Source: an uncultured Chloroflexia bacterium (GTDB lineage Bacteria; Chloroflexota; Limnocylindria; QHBO01). Taken from it: a DNA stretch of 64,000 nt. Below, piece after piece: positions 20,417 to 29,846 of this stretch. The position numbers and the translations under genes are program-made. The notes under the pieces are model-generated. The model was given only the letters and a program-made list of their open reading frames with translations, was not told where the DNA came from and did no database searches. Within the stretch, counting starts at the first letter, position 1. Every line of letters starts with the position of its first letter. Where the stretch lies: contig CAWGIY010000009.1 in NCBI GenBank assembly GCA_963822845.1, positions 543,631-607,630 on the forward strand, in the 5' to 3' direction.

Positions 20417-21028
20417 TCATCGGATGAAGAGTTCCCGATGCTCCGCGAGAAGCTCGCGCAGGCGCAGCCGCCCGCGGTGGATGCGTGACTTCACGGTGCC
20501 GAGCGCAGACTGGGTCATCGCCGCGACCTCGTTGTAGTCCATGCCGTAGACGTCGCACAGCACGATCGCGGTTCGCTGATCTTCCGGCAGCCGCGCAAGG
20601 GCCCGCTCGAGGTGCCGATACATCTCGGCCCTCGTCGCCTCGATGTCGGGGTTGACGGCGGCACGGTCCGGCAGCTCGGGTGCGCCCTCCTCGGGGTCCG
20701 GGAGGACCGTCGTCGGCCGCCGCTGCTGGCGGCGCAGGATGTCGTAGCTGGCGTTGGCGGTGATGCGAAGCAGCCACGAGCGGAAGATGCCGCCGCGATA
20801 CGAGCCCATCGCTCTGTACGCGTGAATGAACGCGTCCTGGGTCGCATCGGCCGCCTGGTCGGGGTCGCCGAGGAGCCGCCAGGCGAGGCCGTAGCACGCG
20901 CTCTGGTAGTGCTCCATCAGCTGCGCGAACGCCGTCCGGTCGCCGTCGGCCGCTCGCGCGATCACAGCCGCCTCGTCGGGAAGCGGCTGCGTGCGGGTCC
21001 CAGTGGTCGGCTCCGGGAGGTCGGCCAT
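20417..21028 (-). CDS. ECF (sigma-E type) RNA polymerase sigma-70 factor.
   Basis: Sigma region 2 (QDAFIHAYRA...) and region 4 (DQRTAIVLCDVYGMDYNEVAAMTQSALGTVKSRIHRGR). Confidence 0.9.
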   Translation of the reverse strand: MADLPEPTTGTRTQPLPDEAAVIARAADGDRTAFAQLMEHYQSACYGLAWRLLGDPDQAADATQDAFIHAYRAMGSYRGGIFRSWLLRITANASYDILRRQQRRPTTVLPDPEEGAPELPDRAAVNPDIEATRAEMYRHLERALARLPEDQRTAIVLCDVYGMDYNEVAAMTQSALGTVKSRIHRGRLRLRELLAEHRELFIR

Positions 21029-21055
21029 CGGCTTCCTATAATGACGGCTGCCCTC

Positions 21056-21142
21056 GCCGGGGTGGCGGAACCGGTAGACGCGTCGGTCTCAAACACCGAT
21101 GGGCGCAAGCCCGTGTGGGTTCGAGTCCCACCCCCGGCACCA
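21056..21142 (+). tRNA. tRNA-Leu (anticodon CAA) with a long variable arm and encoded CCA.
   Basis: 7-bp acceptor stem GCCGGGG/CCCCGGC, anticodon stem TCGGT/ACCGA with loop CTCAAAC, T-arm GTGGG-TTCGAGT-CCCAC. Confidence 0.85.
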
Positions 21143-21256
21143 CGCGCATCGACCGTCGTCCTTGACGAATGCTTACCACGCGATCGCGGGCCATCGAGCG
21201 TACGATGACCGTGAGCTGGGAAGGCCCAGCTAGCGCAACGGAGAGGGCACATTCTC

Positions 21257-22003
21257 ATGGGTGACAGCAAGCCAACCATCGTTCTCGTCCACGGAGCCTG
21301 GGCCGATGCCTCGAGCTGGGCGAAGGTCATCGAACGCCTCCAGGCAGAGGGGTTCACGTGCACCGCGCCGCCGAACAACCTGCGTGGGCTGGGCGCGGAC
21401 GCAGCCTACGTGCGAGCCTATCTCGAGACGCTTTCCGGACCGATCGTCCTCGTCGCCCACTCGTACGGCGGAATGGTCGCCACCAACGCCGCGACAGGCC
21501 TCCCGAACGTCAAGGCGCTGGTCTATGTCGATGCCTTCATGCCCGACGAGGGGCAGCCCGCCGTTGCGTTGACCGGCGCGGAATCAGCCCTGGCGAATGC
21601 GGGCACTGATCCGCAGTCGCTCTTCAAGCTGGCCCCATACCCGGGAGCACCGGAGGGCAGCGTCGACACGTACCTACTGCCGGAGACCGTGACGAGCAGC
21701 TTTGCTCAGGACGTGACGTCCGAAGAGCAGGCGCTCATCGCAGCCACGCAGCGACCGGCGGCACTCGCCGGCCTCGGCGAGCCTTCCGGGCCACCGGCCT
21801 GGAAGGAGATCCCGGCCTGGGCCGTGATCGGTACGCAGGACCGGATCATCACGCCCGGCTCTCAGCGCCAGATGGCCGAGCACGCCAATGCGGAGATCAC
21901 CGAGGTGGATGCGTCGCACGTGTCGATGGTCTCGAAGCCCGACGCCATCGTCGACGTCATCCGGACGGCCGCGTCCCGCGTGCGCGAAGCGGTGACCGCC
22001 TAG
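21257..22003 (+). CDS. Alpha/beta-hydrolase (esterase/MES-like).
   Basis: Nucleophile elbow AHSYGG and overall alpha/beta-hydrolase pattern. TTGACG/TACGAT promoter-like hexamers upstream. Confidence 0.75.
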   Translation: MGDSKPTIVLVHGAWADASSWAKVIERLQAEGFTCTAPPNNLRGLGADAAYVRAYLETLSGPIVLVAHSYGGMVATNAATGLPNVKALVYVDAFMPDEGQPAVALTGAESALANAGTDPQSLFKLAPYPGAPEGSVDTYLLPETVTSSFAQDVTSEEQALIAATQRPAALAGLGEPSGPPAWKEIPAWAVIGTQDRIITPGSQRQMAEHANAEITEVDASHVSMVSKPDAIVDVIRTAASRVREAVTA

Positions 22004-22048
22004 TGCGGACGCTCCCCGGGTGAGGCCCGCGCGACCGCCGAACGCGGT

Positions 22049-23110
22049 TTGACCCGCTCGAGCATCGGCCTCGCACTCGCCCTCGTCCTGGCGGGGTGTG
22101 CGGGAGGTCAGGACGAGTCGGGCACCCCCGAGCCTGTCGGTGAGGACTCTGTTCTCTCGGTCCGGGAGGGCACCTTCGCGGTCGAGGCCGTCGTCGAGAC
22201 CGAGCCGGTCCCGCACGACGGCGACGCCGCTGACGACCCGGCAATCTGGGTGGATCCGACCGACCCCGCGCGCAGCCTGATCATCGGCACCGACAAGCAG
22301 GACGGTGGTGGGCTCGGGGTGTACGACCTCGAGGGTCGGGAGCTCGCCTTCCAGGCGGACGGCGCGATGAACAACGTCGACCTCCGCGGCACCGTCGTGG
22401 TCGCCGGCAACGAGGACGACAACACGCTGGCGATCTACCGCCTCGAGCCGGACGGACCTCGGCTCGTGCCGATCACGCGGCGTCCAATCACCCCGGGCAT
22501 CACGATCTACGGCACATGCCTGTACCGGAGTGCCGTCAGCGGGATGCTCTACGCCTTCGTGACCAGCGAGCGTGGCGAGGTCGAGCAATGGGCCCTCACC
22601 GAGAGCGATCAGCGCTACGACGGAGAGCTGGTGCGCAGCTTCGCGTTCGACTCCCAGACGGAGGCGTGCGTCGCCGACGACGCGGCCGCGGTCGTCTACT
22701 TCGGAGAGGAGTCGACCGGCATCTGGCGCGTTGCCGCCGAGCCGGGCGACGATGACGAGGGCACCCTGGTCGACGGTACGGGGGGCGATGGCCACCTCAC
22801 GGCCGACGTCGAGGGATTGGCCATCGCGGGCGACGCCGCCGGCGGCGTCCTCATCGCCTCGAGCCAGGGTGACGACCGCTACGTCGTCTACCGCCTCGAC
22901 GATGGCGGGTACGTCGCCACCTTCACTATCGAGGCGTCGGGAGAAGTAGACGGCGTGAGCGGGACGGACGGGCTGGAGGTCACGACCCAGCCGCTCGGCG
23001 AAGCGTTCGAGAGAGGGCTGCTGGTCGTGCAGGACGGGCGGAACGACGACGACAACCAGAACTTCAAGCTGGTTCCGCTGCGAAGCCTTCTTGCTTCAGC
23101 GGCCGATTGA
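22049..23110 (+). CDS. Beta-propeller phytase (3-phytase) lipoprotein.
   Basis: Lipobox LAGCAG and repeated Asp-rich BPP motifs. TTG start inferred. Confidence 0.65.
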   Translation: MTRSSIGLALALVLAGCAGGQDESGTPEPVGEDSVLSVREGTFAVEAVVETEPVPHDGDAADDPAIWVDPTDPARSLIIGTDKQDGGGLGVYDLEGRELAFQADGAMNNVDLRGTVVVAGNEDDNTLAIYRLEPDGPRLVPITRRPITPGITIYGTCLYRSAVSGMLYAFVTSERGEVEQWALTESDQRYDGELVRSFAFDSQTEACVADDAAAVVYFGEESTGIWRVAAEPGDDDEGTLVDGTGGDGHLTADVEGLAIAGDAAGGVLIASSQGDDRYVVYRLDDGGYVATFTIEASGEVDGVSGTDGLEVTTQPLGEAFERGLLVVQDGRNDDDNQNFKLVPLRSLLASAAD

Positions 23111-23114
23111 TCGG

Positions 23115-23630
23115 TCAGCCGAATGGCGGCGGCTGGTAGAAGTGCTCTCGACGGCTCGCGTGATCGAGATTGACGATGACGACCTCGACGGCCCACTCAT
23201 CGTCGGCAGCGGCTACCGTGCAGTCGGTGAGCGGCAACCACTGCCGGCCGGTGCTGGCCATGTATCGCCGCGGATCGGCACCGATCGGCAGGTGCACGGT
23301 GCCATTCACGCGGTACGGTCCCGCCTCCACTTCGAGAGGATGCAGACGGCGGCTCACGCGCGCCGCCGACGCGGGTCGCGGCGCGGGAGCCACGGCGATG
23401 ACTTCATCGAGGCTGAACTCGAGCCACTCCCCGACGCTCCCGTCGGTTGCCTCCGACCGGACTCTCACGCGGTCCGTCTGGTTGAGGCCGTCGCTGATGC
23501 GGCCTTCCTGCTTCGGAATCCAGCCCTCGACCACCCCATCCACGCGAAACACGGCGATCCGCTCGTGCTCACCACGCGCCGACGGCTCCGCCCCGAGCGC
23601 TTTCCCGCCACTGCGACTCCACCAGCTCAT
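23115..23630 (-). CDS. Hypothetical protein (171 aa).
   Basis: GGAGGGA RBS 9 nt upstream of ATG 23630. The longer annotated start lacks an RBS. Confidence 0.45.
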   Translation of the reverse strand: MSWWSRSGGKALGAEPSARGEHERIAVFRVDGVVEGWIPKQEGRISDGLNQTDRVRVRSEATDGSVGEWLEFSLDEVIAVAPAPRPASAARVSRRLHPLEVEAGPYRVNGTVHLPIGADPRRYMASTGRQWLPLTDCTVAAADDEWAVEVVIVNLDHASRREHFYQPPPFG

Positions 23631-23692
23631 GACCTGATCCCTCCGAGTTCGCAGAGGGTACAACCACTCTTCGCGTGAAACACCGCCGGCGC

Positions 23693-24145
23693 TCAGCGTC
23701 GGATCGGTTGACGGCTGGGCACACCGGGGCCGACCGGCACGAGCGTCCCCATCGCCTGGCTCCACGGCGAGAAGAGCTGCTGGAACGCCTTGTCATCGAT
23801 CAGGCCGTTCACCACCAGCGCTCCGGCCGCGTTGCCGATGGCCTGGCCGACGATGAGCCAGGGCCCATGCGTCTCCGGCAACGCGTGTCGCCACGCCGTC
23901 ACCGCACCGTGCCTGGCTCGCTCGAGTGCGCCGGTGAGACCAGCGAGTGCCGCGGCCTGCTCGGCTTGCAGTGCCGCGCGACGGTCGGCGGCGACGCCAT
24001 GAATCAGCAGGTGACTTGCGCGGGCCCGGTAGAGGTCCGCGGCGTCGTCCAGGGTCATGCTCCCGGCACGCTCGATGAGACGTTCGACGAGCGTGCTGGC
24101 CGGTCCGTACTCCCCCATCCGCACATGGTAGACCAGTGCCCTCAC
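23693..24145 (-). CDS. Hypothetical protein (150 aa).
   Basis: ORF with good codon bias. Overlaps the upstream gene's stop. Confidence 0.45.
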   Translation of the reverse strand: MRALVYHVRMGEYGPASTLVERLIERAGSMTLDDAADLYRARASHLLIHGVAADRRAALQAEQAAALAGLTGALERARHGAVTAWRHALPETHGPWLIVGQAIGNAAGALVVNGLIDDKAFQQLFSPWSQAMGTLVPVGPGVPSRQPIRR

Positions 24146-25467
24146 GGCTCCGTGGCTGCTGCGAGGTCGAGCACGCCGTGGACGTACTGATTGGCCGTCA
24201 CATCCGCGGCGAGGACGACGATCCCGCTCGATGCGTCGACGTTCTGCTTCGTCGAGGTCGGAGTCGTAATCACCGGTCCATCAGTCCAGTGCAGAAACGC
24301 GGTCCCCTCGCCCGGCGGCAACGAGATCTCATCCGCCGAGGTGCGCTTGTAGTAGACCGTCCCCTCTCCGAAGGGAGCCACGGCGAACACGTAGAGCTCC
24401 CGCGCGTCCTCGTTGATCAGGAGGAGCGGCTGGGTGTGGTGATCGCGGAGCACACCGAAGACATGGGTCTCCCACGCGCCGTCGGGCCGGAGCTCGAGGA
24501 GGAGCATCTGCGGATCGGTGCCGAGGCTGGCGTCACGAGTGTCCAGCGAGGTCTTCACCACGATGAAGACGGTGGTTCCCTCGGCGGCTGAGAGGCTCCC
24601 AACCTCCATGTGGTCGTCGGCAGGGAGCCCGCCCTCCAATGGAGTCGACGTGACCGTCCACAGGTCGGCGGCATCGCCATCGGTGTGGCTCGCGAACGAG
24701 ACTCTCGACTCGATCCGGTTGGTCCATGCCACTCCGACTTTGCCGCCGTAGGCGAGGATGACGGACTGCTCGGCGGGGACCGATGGCCCGTCCGTCGGAA
24801 GGACCTCTGGCGTGGACCAGGAGTGGTCATTGGCGAGGGAGTGGCTGATCCAGACCTGGCCCTCGAGGACATAGGCGATCCAGAGGATGCCGGCCGTGTC
24901 CTTCGCGATGGTGAGGCGCTTGACTCCGGTATCGGTGAGCAGCACCGGAAAGTGCCGGTTGAGCCGGTAGAGGCGTGAGTCCGCGTCGTACGAGTAGCGC
25001 ATCAGCCGCGCATGCTCGCTGGCGTTCGGCGACGCACCTCCGGTCGCGACATACAGACGGTCGCCGTCGGACACCACATCAGCCCTCGACTCGACCCGAT
25101 CGTCGACGACCACGCCGGTGTCGACCCACGTTCGCGAGCCTGCGTCGAGCCGGTAGATCCCGGAGACCGTCGTGTCCGGATCGATGAGGATGCCCCACCA
25201 CGAACCGTCGTGGAACCACAGCTTGCTCTGTCCCTCGTCCGCCGTCGGCGGACGGCTCAGTCTCGAGGGAAACGCGAAACCGATGTGGGACTCACTCGCC
25301 GGCGGCGGCGGCGCAAGCGATGGCACGGTGTTTCCCAGGGTGTCGGACCGTTCGCGCGTTCCGTCCGAGCCGCCCTGCCCAAGGTCGAAGCCGAGGCTGA
25401 TCGCCACTCCTGCGGAGACCACGAACAACGCGACGAGGCCAAGGGGAATGGCACGCTTCAGGGGCAC
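24142..25467 (-). CDS. Hypothetical exported/membrane-anchored protein, Trp-rich and beta-propeller-like.
   Basis: N-terminal hydrophobic anchor, 441 aa, GTG start. Confidence 0.5.
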   Translation of the reverse strand: MPLKRAIPLGLVALFVVSAGVAISLGFDLGQGGSDGTRERSDTLGNTVPSLAPPPPASESHIGFAFPSRLSRPPTADEGQSKLWFHDGSWWGILIDPDTTVSGIYRLDAGSRTWVDTGVVVDDRVESRADVVSDGDRLYVATGGASPNASEHARLMRYSYDADSRLYRLNRHFPVLLTDTGVKRLTIAKDTAGILWIAYVLEGQVWISHSLANDHSWSTPEVLPTDGPSVPAEQSVILAYGGKVGVAWTNRIESRVSFASHTDGDAADLWTVTSTPLEGGLPADDHMEVGSLSAAEGTTVFIVVKTSLDTRDASLGTDPQMLLLELRPDGAWETHVFGVLRDHHTQPLLLINEDARELYVFAVAPFGEGTVYYKRTSADEISLPPGEGTAFLHWTDGPVITTPTSTKQNVDASSGIVVLAADVTANQYVHGVLDLAAATEP

Positions 25468-25968
25468 GACGAGAGGATACGACTCAGGAGCCCAACCGTC
25501 GCTAGGTGGCGGCGACCTGCGCGCGGAAGGTCGGCCTCGCTTCGTGGCTGGACATCCACGTGCCGGGCGTCTCGTGCCGGCGTCGCGCCTCGGCCACCGC
25601 CTCGGCGACGCTCACCGATGGTGCGGCCATGACCGCGAGCTGCACGGATCGGCCGTGGGGCTGCGTCGTCGTTCCGTTCATCTCGTGGACCCTCCGTGAC
25701 CAACTCGGTCGGCGGCGCATTCGGCGCACCGTCGTGCAGCAACGGTACGGTCATGCACCGATGGCGCCCATCGGGCGCCCGACGGTATCGGTCCTGCGAG
25801 AAGCGTCCGGGACGGTGCGGGCCGGATGACGTAGCGATCGCTAGACTCTGCGACGGTCGGCCCGTTGCGGGGCCGGCCACCGGCCGTCGGCGTTCTCACC
25901 GCCGGCGGCCACCTAGATGCTAGGCTCACCGCCATCCTGAATCATCCTGGAGCTCCGCTCGCCTTTCC

Positions 25969-26661
25969 ATGACGACCGACGAGACCGTCGATTGCTACAA
26001 CTGCGGCCGATCGAACCCCGAGTGGGCGCAGGTGTGCCGATCGTGTGGCGTCCAGCTGCGGCACGGACAGACCCGCGTCGTCCCGACCGGCCGGTTCCCG
26101 ACCGATACGACCTCGCTCATCTCGATCGCGGCGGTGATCGGGACGATCCTGGGCGCGGTGGTCATCGGTCTCTTCATCTCCGGCCTCAACCCGACCGATC
26201 CAGTTGCCGGCGGGCTTCCGACACCCTCCCCGACCGCCTCGCCGTCGGCTGAGCCATCGGCCGCCGCCCCGACCGACACGCCGGCACCAACTCCGTCCCC
26301 GACGCCCGCCCTGCCCGGCACGATCGCCTTCGGCAGCGCCCTGGACGCGAATCGCGTCGTCAGCGAGCCGGTCAGGACCTTCACGCCGCCGGTCGCTTTC
26401 GCGTACTCCGTCACGATGCCGCAGGCCTTCGGGACGAACACGCTCGAGAACGAGATCGCGAAGCTGGGCGGCGGCGGAGGCGAGAACATCGTGCTGCCCC
26501 GCCAGGGGGTGCCGGTCGACCCGGCATCCAGCTCGTTCGGCTTCGTCATCGGCACCGCCGGCGACTTCCTGAGCGCGTGGGGCCCGGGCAGGTTCGAGTG
26601 GCGCGTCTACCTCGACGGTGCGCTCGTCGCGCAGGGCAGGTTCCGCTACTCGGAGGGCTGA
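25969..26661 (+). CDS. Zinc-ribbon domain membrane protein with a Pro/Ser/Thr-rich linker.
   Basis: CYNCG...CRSCG ribbon, then TM, then PT-rich linker and C-terminal domain. Confidence 0.6.
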   Translation: MTTDETVDCYNCGRSNPEWAQVCRSCGVQLRHGQTRVVPTGRFPTDTTSLISIAAVIGTILGAVVIGLFISGLNPTDPVAGGLPTPSPTASPSAEPSAAAPTDTPAPTPSPTPALPGTIAFGSALDANRVVSEPVRTFTPPVAFAYSVTMPQAFGTNTLENEIAKLGGGGGENIVLPRQGVPVDPASSSFGFVIGTAGDFLSAWGPGRFEWRVYLDGALVAQGRFRYSEG

Positions 26662-26673
26662 CCCGGACGGCCC

Positions 26674-27529
26674 TCAGCCGTCGGAGCCGGCGATGGCGGC
26701 CCAGGCATCGGCGTAGAGACGCGCGTGGATCGGCAGGTAGCCGGGGTAGGCGCGACGGGCATCGGTCACGGTGGCGGCTTCCAGCGTGACGAGGGCCATC
26801 CGGTCGGTCGTTTCGACGAGGAGCTCGCCGTTGGGGTCGAACGCGACGCTCGGGCCGCCGAGCAGCACCCCCTCCTCCGGATGGGGCCGGTTGACGCTCA
26901 GGACGTAGAGACAGCCGGTCAGCGCGTTCGAGCGGAACACCGTCTTCCAGCGCTGATAGCTCCTCTCCTCGCTGGCTCGCGGAACGAGCGACGCCATCGC
27001 GCCCTGGGCTCCCAGCAGGTGCGTGCCCTCCGGCCGGTTGTTGTCCGAGCAGATCTGGACACCGATCGGGACCCCGAAGGCATCGATCCGTTGCGGCGGG
27101 TTCGTGCCGCGGCTCGTAGTGGCTCGTCTCCCAGAAGCCGGGCTCCTCCGGCAGGTGGAGCTTCTCGTACGTGGCCCGGATCTCGCCGGCGGCATCGATG
27201 ACGAGCGCGCGGCTCGTCCTGCGTCCGGTGGTCTCGTCTCGATGGATGATTCCGCCCACCAGACCGATTCCCGCCTCCTTCGCCGCCTCCCGTTGGGCGG
27301 TTGCCCGCGGCCCATCCGTCGGCTCCGCGTCGTCGTCCTGGGCTTCCTTCGTGGCGGGGCGCCACGGGTTGAGCGGGAGCTCGGGCAGGACGGCGAGGTC
27401 GGCGCCGCGCTCGGCCGCCTCGGCGAGGCGCTGGCGGAGGCGCTGGGCGCCATCGGCCTCCCAGAAGACTTCGGACACGAGGGCAACCGTCAGCTTGCCG
27501 TCGGCCCGGGTGGGTGGGGTGGTCGTCAT
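26674..27529 (-). CDS. Carbon-nitrogen hydrolase (nitrilase superfamily) with one apparent +1 frameshift near 27100.
   Basis: N-terminal part in the 27529 frame (…VLPELPLNPW…), catalytic and C-terminal part (…VQICSDNNRPE… to …NRPHPEEGVL…) in the 27486 frame. Confidence 0.7.
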
Positions 27530-27533
27530 CGGT

Positions 27534-27806
27534 TCAGCGTACCCCGCTGACGATCAGACCGATGAAGTACGAGGCATTCCTGGTCACGTCCGCGTAGTCG
27601 CCCGGCTTCAGGCTGCCGGTCTCGTTGTACCGCTCGAGGAATCGTTCGGCGGCCTTGCGGCCATCGCTCTGGCCATTCCCGCTCGACGCCGGCGTGAAGA
27701 ACGGGCAGTCGCGGTACGTGCCCACGGTGAAGCGCTTTCCCGTGACGGTCTCGAGGCTGCGTCCCTCGTTGCGGCGCGCGAGCTCGAGCAGCTCCTCATA
27801 CGTCAT
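27534..27806 (-). CDS. Hypothetical small protein; start uncertain.
   Basis: The distal 90 codons of the 27534-28112 ORF. The annotated start conflicts with the divergent gene at 28054. Confidence 0.3.
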   Translation of the reverse strand: MTYEELLELARRNEGRSLETVTGKRFTVGTYRDCPFFTPASSGNGQSDGRKAAERFLERYNETGSLKPGDYADVTRNASYFIGLIVSGVR

Positions 27807-28053
27807 GGTGTCAGAGCGTACGCCGTCGATAAGCCGGTCGGTAACGCAGGTCCGCAGCACCATCGGTCCATGCTGCGCAGCAACCTGCCTCGCGCGGTGC
27901 GCCACCTCCGGCGCAGGCGGCCGATGGCGACAAGACCGATCTGGCGGCCAGGCATCGGGCATCTCGCGGACACGGCCGATCTCCCGCATCGAGCGTGGCG
28001 TGGCAATCGGAGTCGATCCCGTCTGCGCGTGATCGCACGCCTGAGCCGAAGCG

Positions 28054-28680
28054 TTGGACGCCTCGGTGGACATCACGGTGAGATGGCACGGCGAAGAGCT
28101 CGACCGTCTCATGGATAGCGCTCACGCCGACCTCGTCAAGACCTGCGTCGGCCTGTTCGAAGCCCGCGGATGGTTGACCCTGCGGCTGGAGGTGAGCTTC
28201 AACCACTACGGCGACCGTGGCCGCGTGCGATGTGGTGGCGTTCCATCCTCCGACGCGCAAGCTCGCCATCGTCGAGGTGAAGAGGCGTTGGGGGACGCGC
28301 AGGACGCACTTGGCAGGCTCGACGTGAAGGCACGTCTGGGCGGGGTCCTCGCGGCGTCAGTCGGCTGGGCTGCGCCGACGCGAGTGGTGCCGGTCTTGGT
28401 GATCGGCAACTCGCGCAGCGCGAGGCGGCTGATCGCGAGTCGCGCCGAGCTGTTCCAGCGATTCGATGTTCGCGGCCGGCAGGCAATGGTCATGGCTGCG
28501 CCAGCCCAGGCGCCTCGTCGCCAACTGGCTTGCTGTGGTTCGCGAACGCGCCAGATTCTCACCCGACGGGCGTTACGCGCGTCGCTCGCGTGCGAACGGT
28601 CAGATCGGGCGGCTGATGCTCACCGTGCGGGAATTCGGACGCTTCGCGCGCATTCCAAGCGCGTAACGCCCACCCGATGA
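28054..28680 (+). CDS. Hypothetical protein with a possible PD-(D/E)xK nuclease-like core; contains compensating frame changes at about 28225 and 28285.
   Basis: GC3 analysis shows the true frame switches for about 60 nt, where it reads DVVAFHPPTRKLAIVEVKRR, a typical D...EVK nuclease motif. Confidence 0.3.
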   Translation: MDASVDITVRWHGEELDRLMDSAHADLVKTCVGLFEARGWLTLRLEVSFNHYGDRGRVRCGGVPSSDAQARHRRGEEALGDAQDALGRLDVKARLGGVLAASVGWAAPTRVVPVLVIGNSRSARRLIASRAELFQRFDVRGRQAMVMAAPAQAPRRQLACCGSRTRQILTRRALRASLACERSDRAADAHRAGIRTLRAHSKRVTPTR

Positions 28681-28735
28681 GCATTCGGACGCTTCGCGCG
28701 CTGCCACGGGACAAATGGACCGATGCGGGACGCGG

Positions 28736-29836
28736 CTACTCCCCGAGGAACTCGCGGACGAGATTCTGGAAGTGGTAGACGCCGTTCTCGCGCTTGGCGG
28801 AGAAGCGGCCGGCCTCGTAGGAACGGGAGCGAAGGCCGCGCTGGACCTGCTCGCAGATGACGATGTCCTCGTGCTGGATCTCGTCGGAGAAGGCGATCGT
28901 CTGCTGCATCGATTCCCAGCCGGGGCCGCTGCCGGGCTCCGCGAAGAACCACTCGAAGATCGTCAGCGTGCGGTCCGGCCCCAGCGGCAGGATGACGTTC
29001 GAGGACATGTTGTCCTGGTAGATGTTGAACATCGTGTTCGGGAACAGCCAGTAGTACAGCGCCGAGTCCTCGGCTCCGGGCTGGCGGAGGAAGCGCCGAT
29101 CCACGCCGATCTCCTCCCCCGGCTTCAGCTCGCGGATCGGCGCGTGCTGCTTCGAGTAGTAGCGGAACTCCTCGACGCGATAGGCGTCGTAGTCGAGCTC
29201 CCTGAAGAGCTGCGGGTGCGCGATCGGCAGGTGGTAGCCCTCGAGGTAGTTGTCGACGTAGACCTTCCAGTTGCACTCGACGACGTAGTCGCGACGCTCG
29301 ACCGGACGCATCGACTCGACGTCGTAGCCGGCCGCAGCCACCTCGGAGGGAATCGCGCCCAGCATCTCGGCCAGCGGCGGCGCGGCGTCCGAGAGGCACA
29401 CGAACACGAACGGGCCCCACGTTTCGACGCGGACCGGCATCAACCCGAAGTCGTCCTTCGAGAAGCCCTCGGTGTCCTCCATCTCCGGCGCCGCTCGGAG
29501 GCAGCCGTCCAGGCCGTAGGTCCAGCCGTGATACCGGCACTGGAGCGACTTCCGGTTGCCCTTTGACAGTGCCACCTGCCCGGCGCGGTGCCGGCAGACG
29601 TTGTAGAAGGCGCGCAGCTCGCCCTCGAGGCCGCGCGTGATGACCACCGGCTCGTCGAGCACGGTGACCGGGACGAAGTCGCCGATGCGCTGGAGCTCAT
29701 CGGTCCTGGCGACGAGCTGCCAGGTGCTGCCGAAGACCCGCTCCTTCTCGAGCTCGAGCACGTCGGGGTCGAGGTAGTAGCGCTTGGGGAGCGTGGACGC
29801 GCGGCTGAGCGGCGCCGTCGGCAATGTCGAGGTCAT
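28736..29836 (-). CDS. Rieske (2Fe-2S) non-haem iron oxygenase alpha subunit (GbcA/choline-monooxygenase-like).
   Basis: Rieske motif CRHRAG...CRYHGW and a mononuclear iron catalytic domain. Start at MTSTLPTAP. Confidence 0.8.
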   Translation of the reverse strand: MTSTLPTAPLSRASTLPKRYYLDPDVLELEKERVFGSTWQLVARTDELQRIGDFVPVTVLDEPVVITRGLEGELRAFYNVCRHRAGQVALSKGNRKSLQCRYHGWTYGLDGCLRAAPEMEDTEGFSKDDFGLMPVRVETWGPFVFVCLSDAAPPLAEMLGAIPSEVAAAGYDVESMRPVERRDYVVECNWKVYVDNYLEGYHLPIAHPQLFRELDYDAYRVEEFRYYSKQHAPIRELKPGEEIGVDRRFLRQPGAEDSALYYWLFPNTMFNIYQDNMSSNVILPLGPDRTLTIFEWFFAEPGSGPGWESMQQTIAFSDEIQHEDIVICEQVQRGLRSRSYEAGRFSAKRENGVYHFQNLVREFLGE

Positions 29837-29846
29837 GCGCGGGAGT

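Noticed and set aside
21674-22795. 373-aa minus-strand ORF.
   Set aside because: It is antisense to the phytase gene, shares its wobble positions and has no recognisable motifs.
21056-23110. Integrated mobile element downstream of tRNA-Leu.
   Set aside because: No integrase, recombinase, direct repeat of the tRNA 3' end, or compositional shift was found. The downstream genes are an ordinary hydrolase and a phytase.
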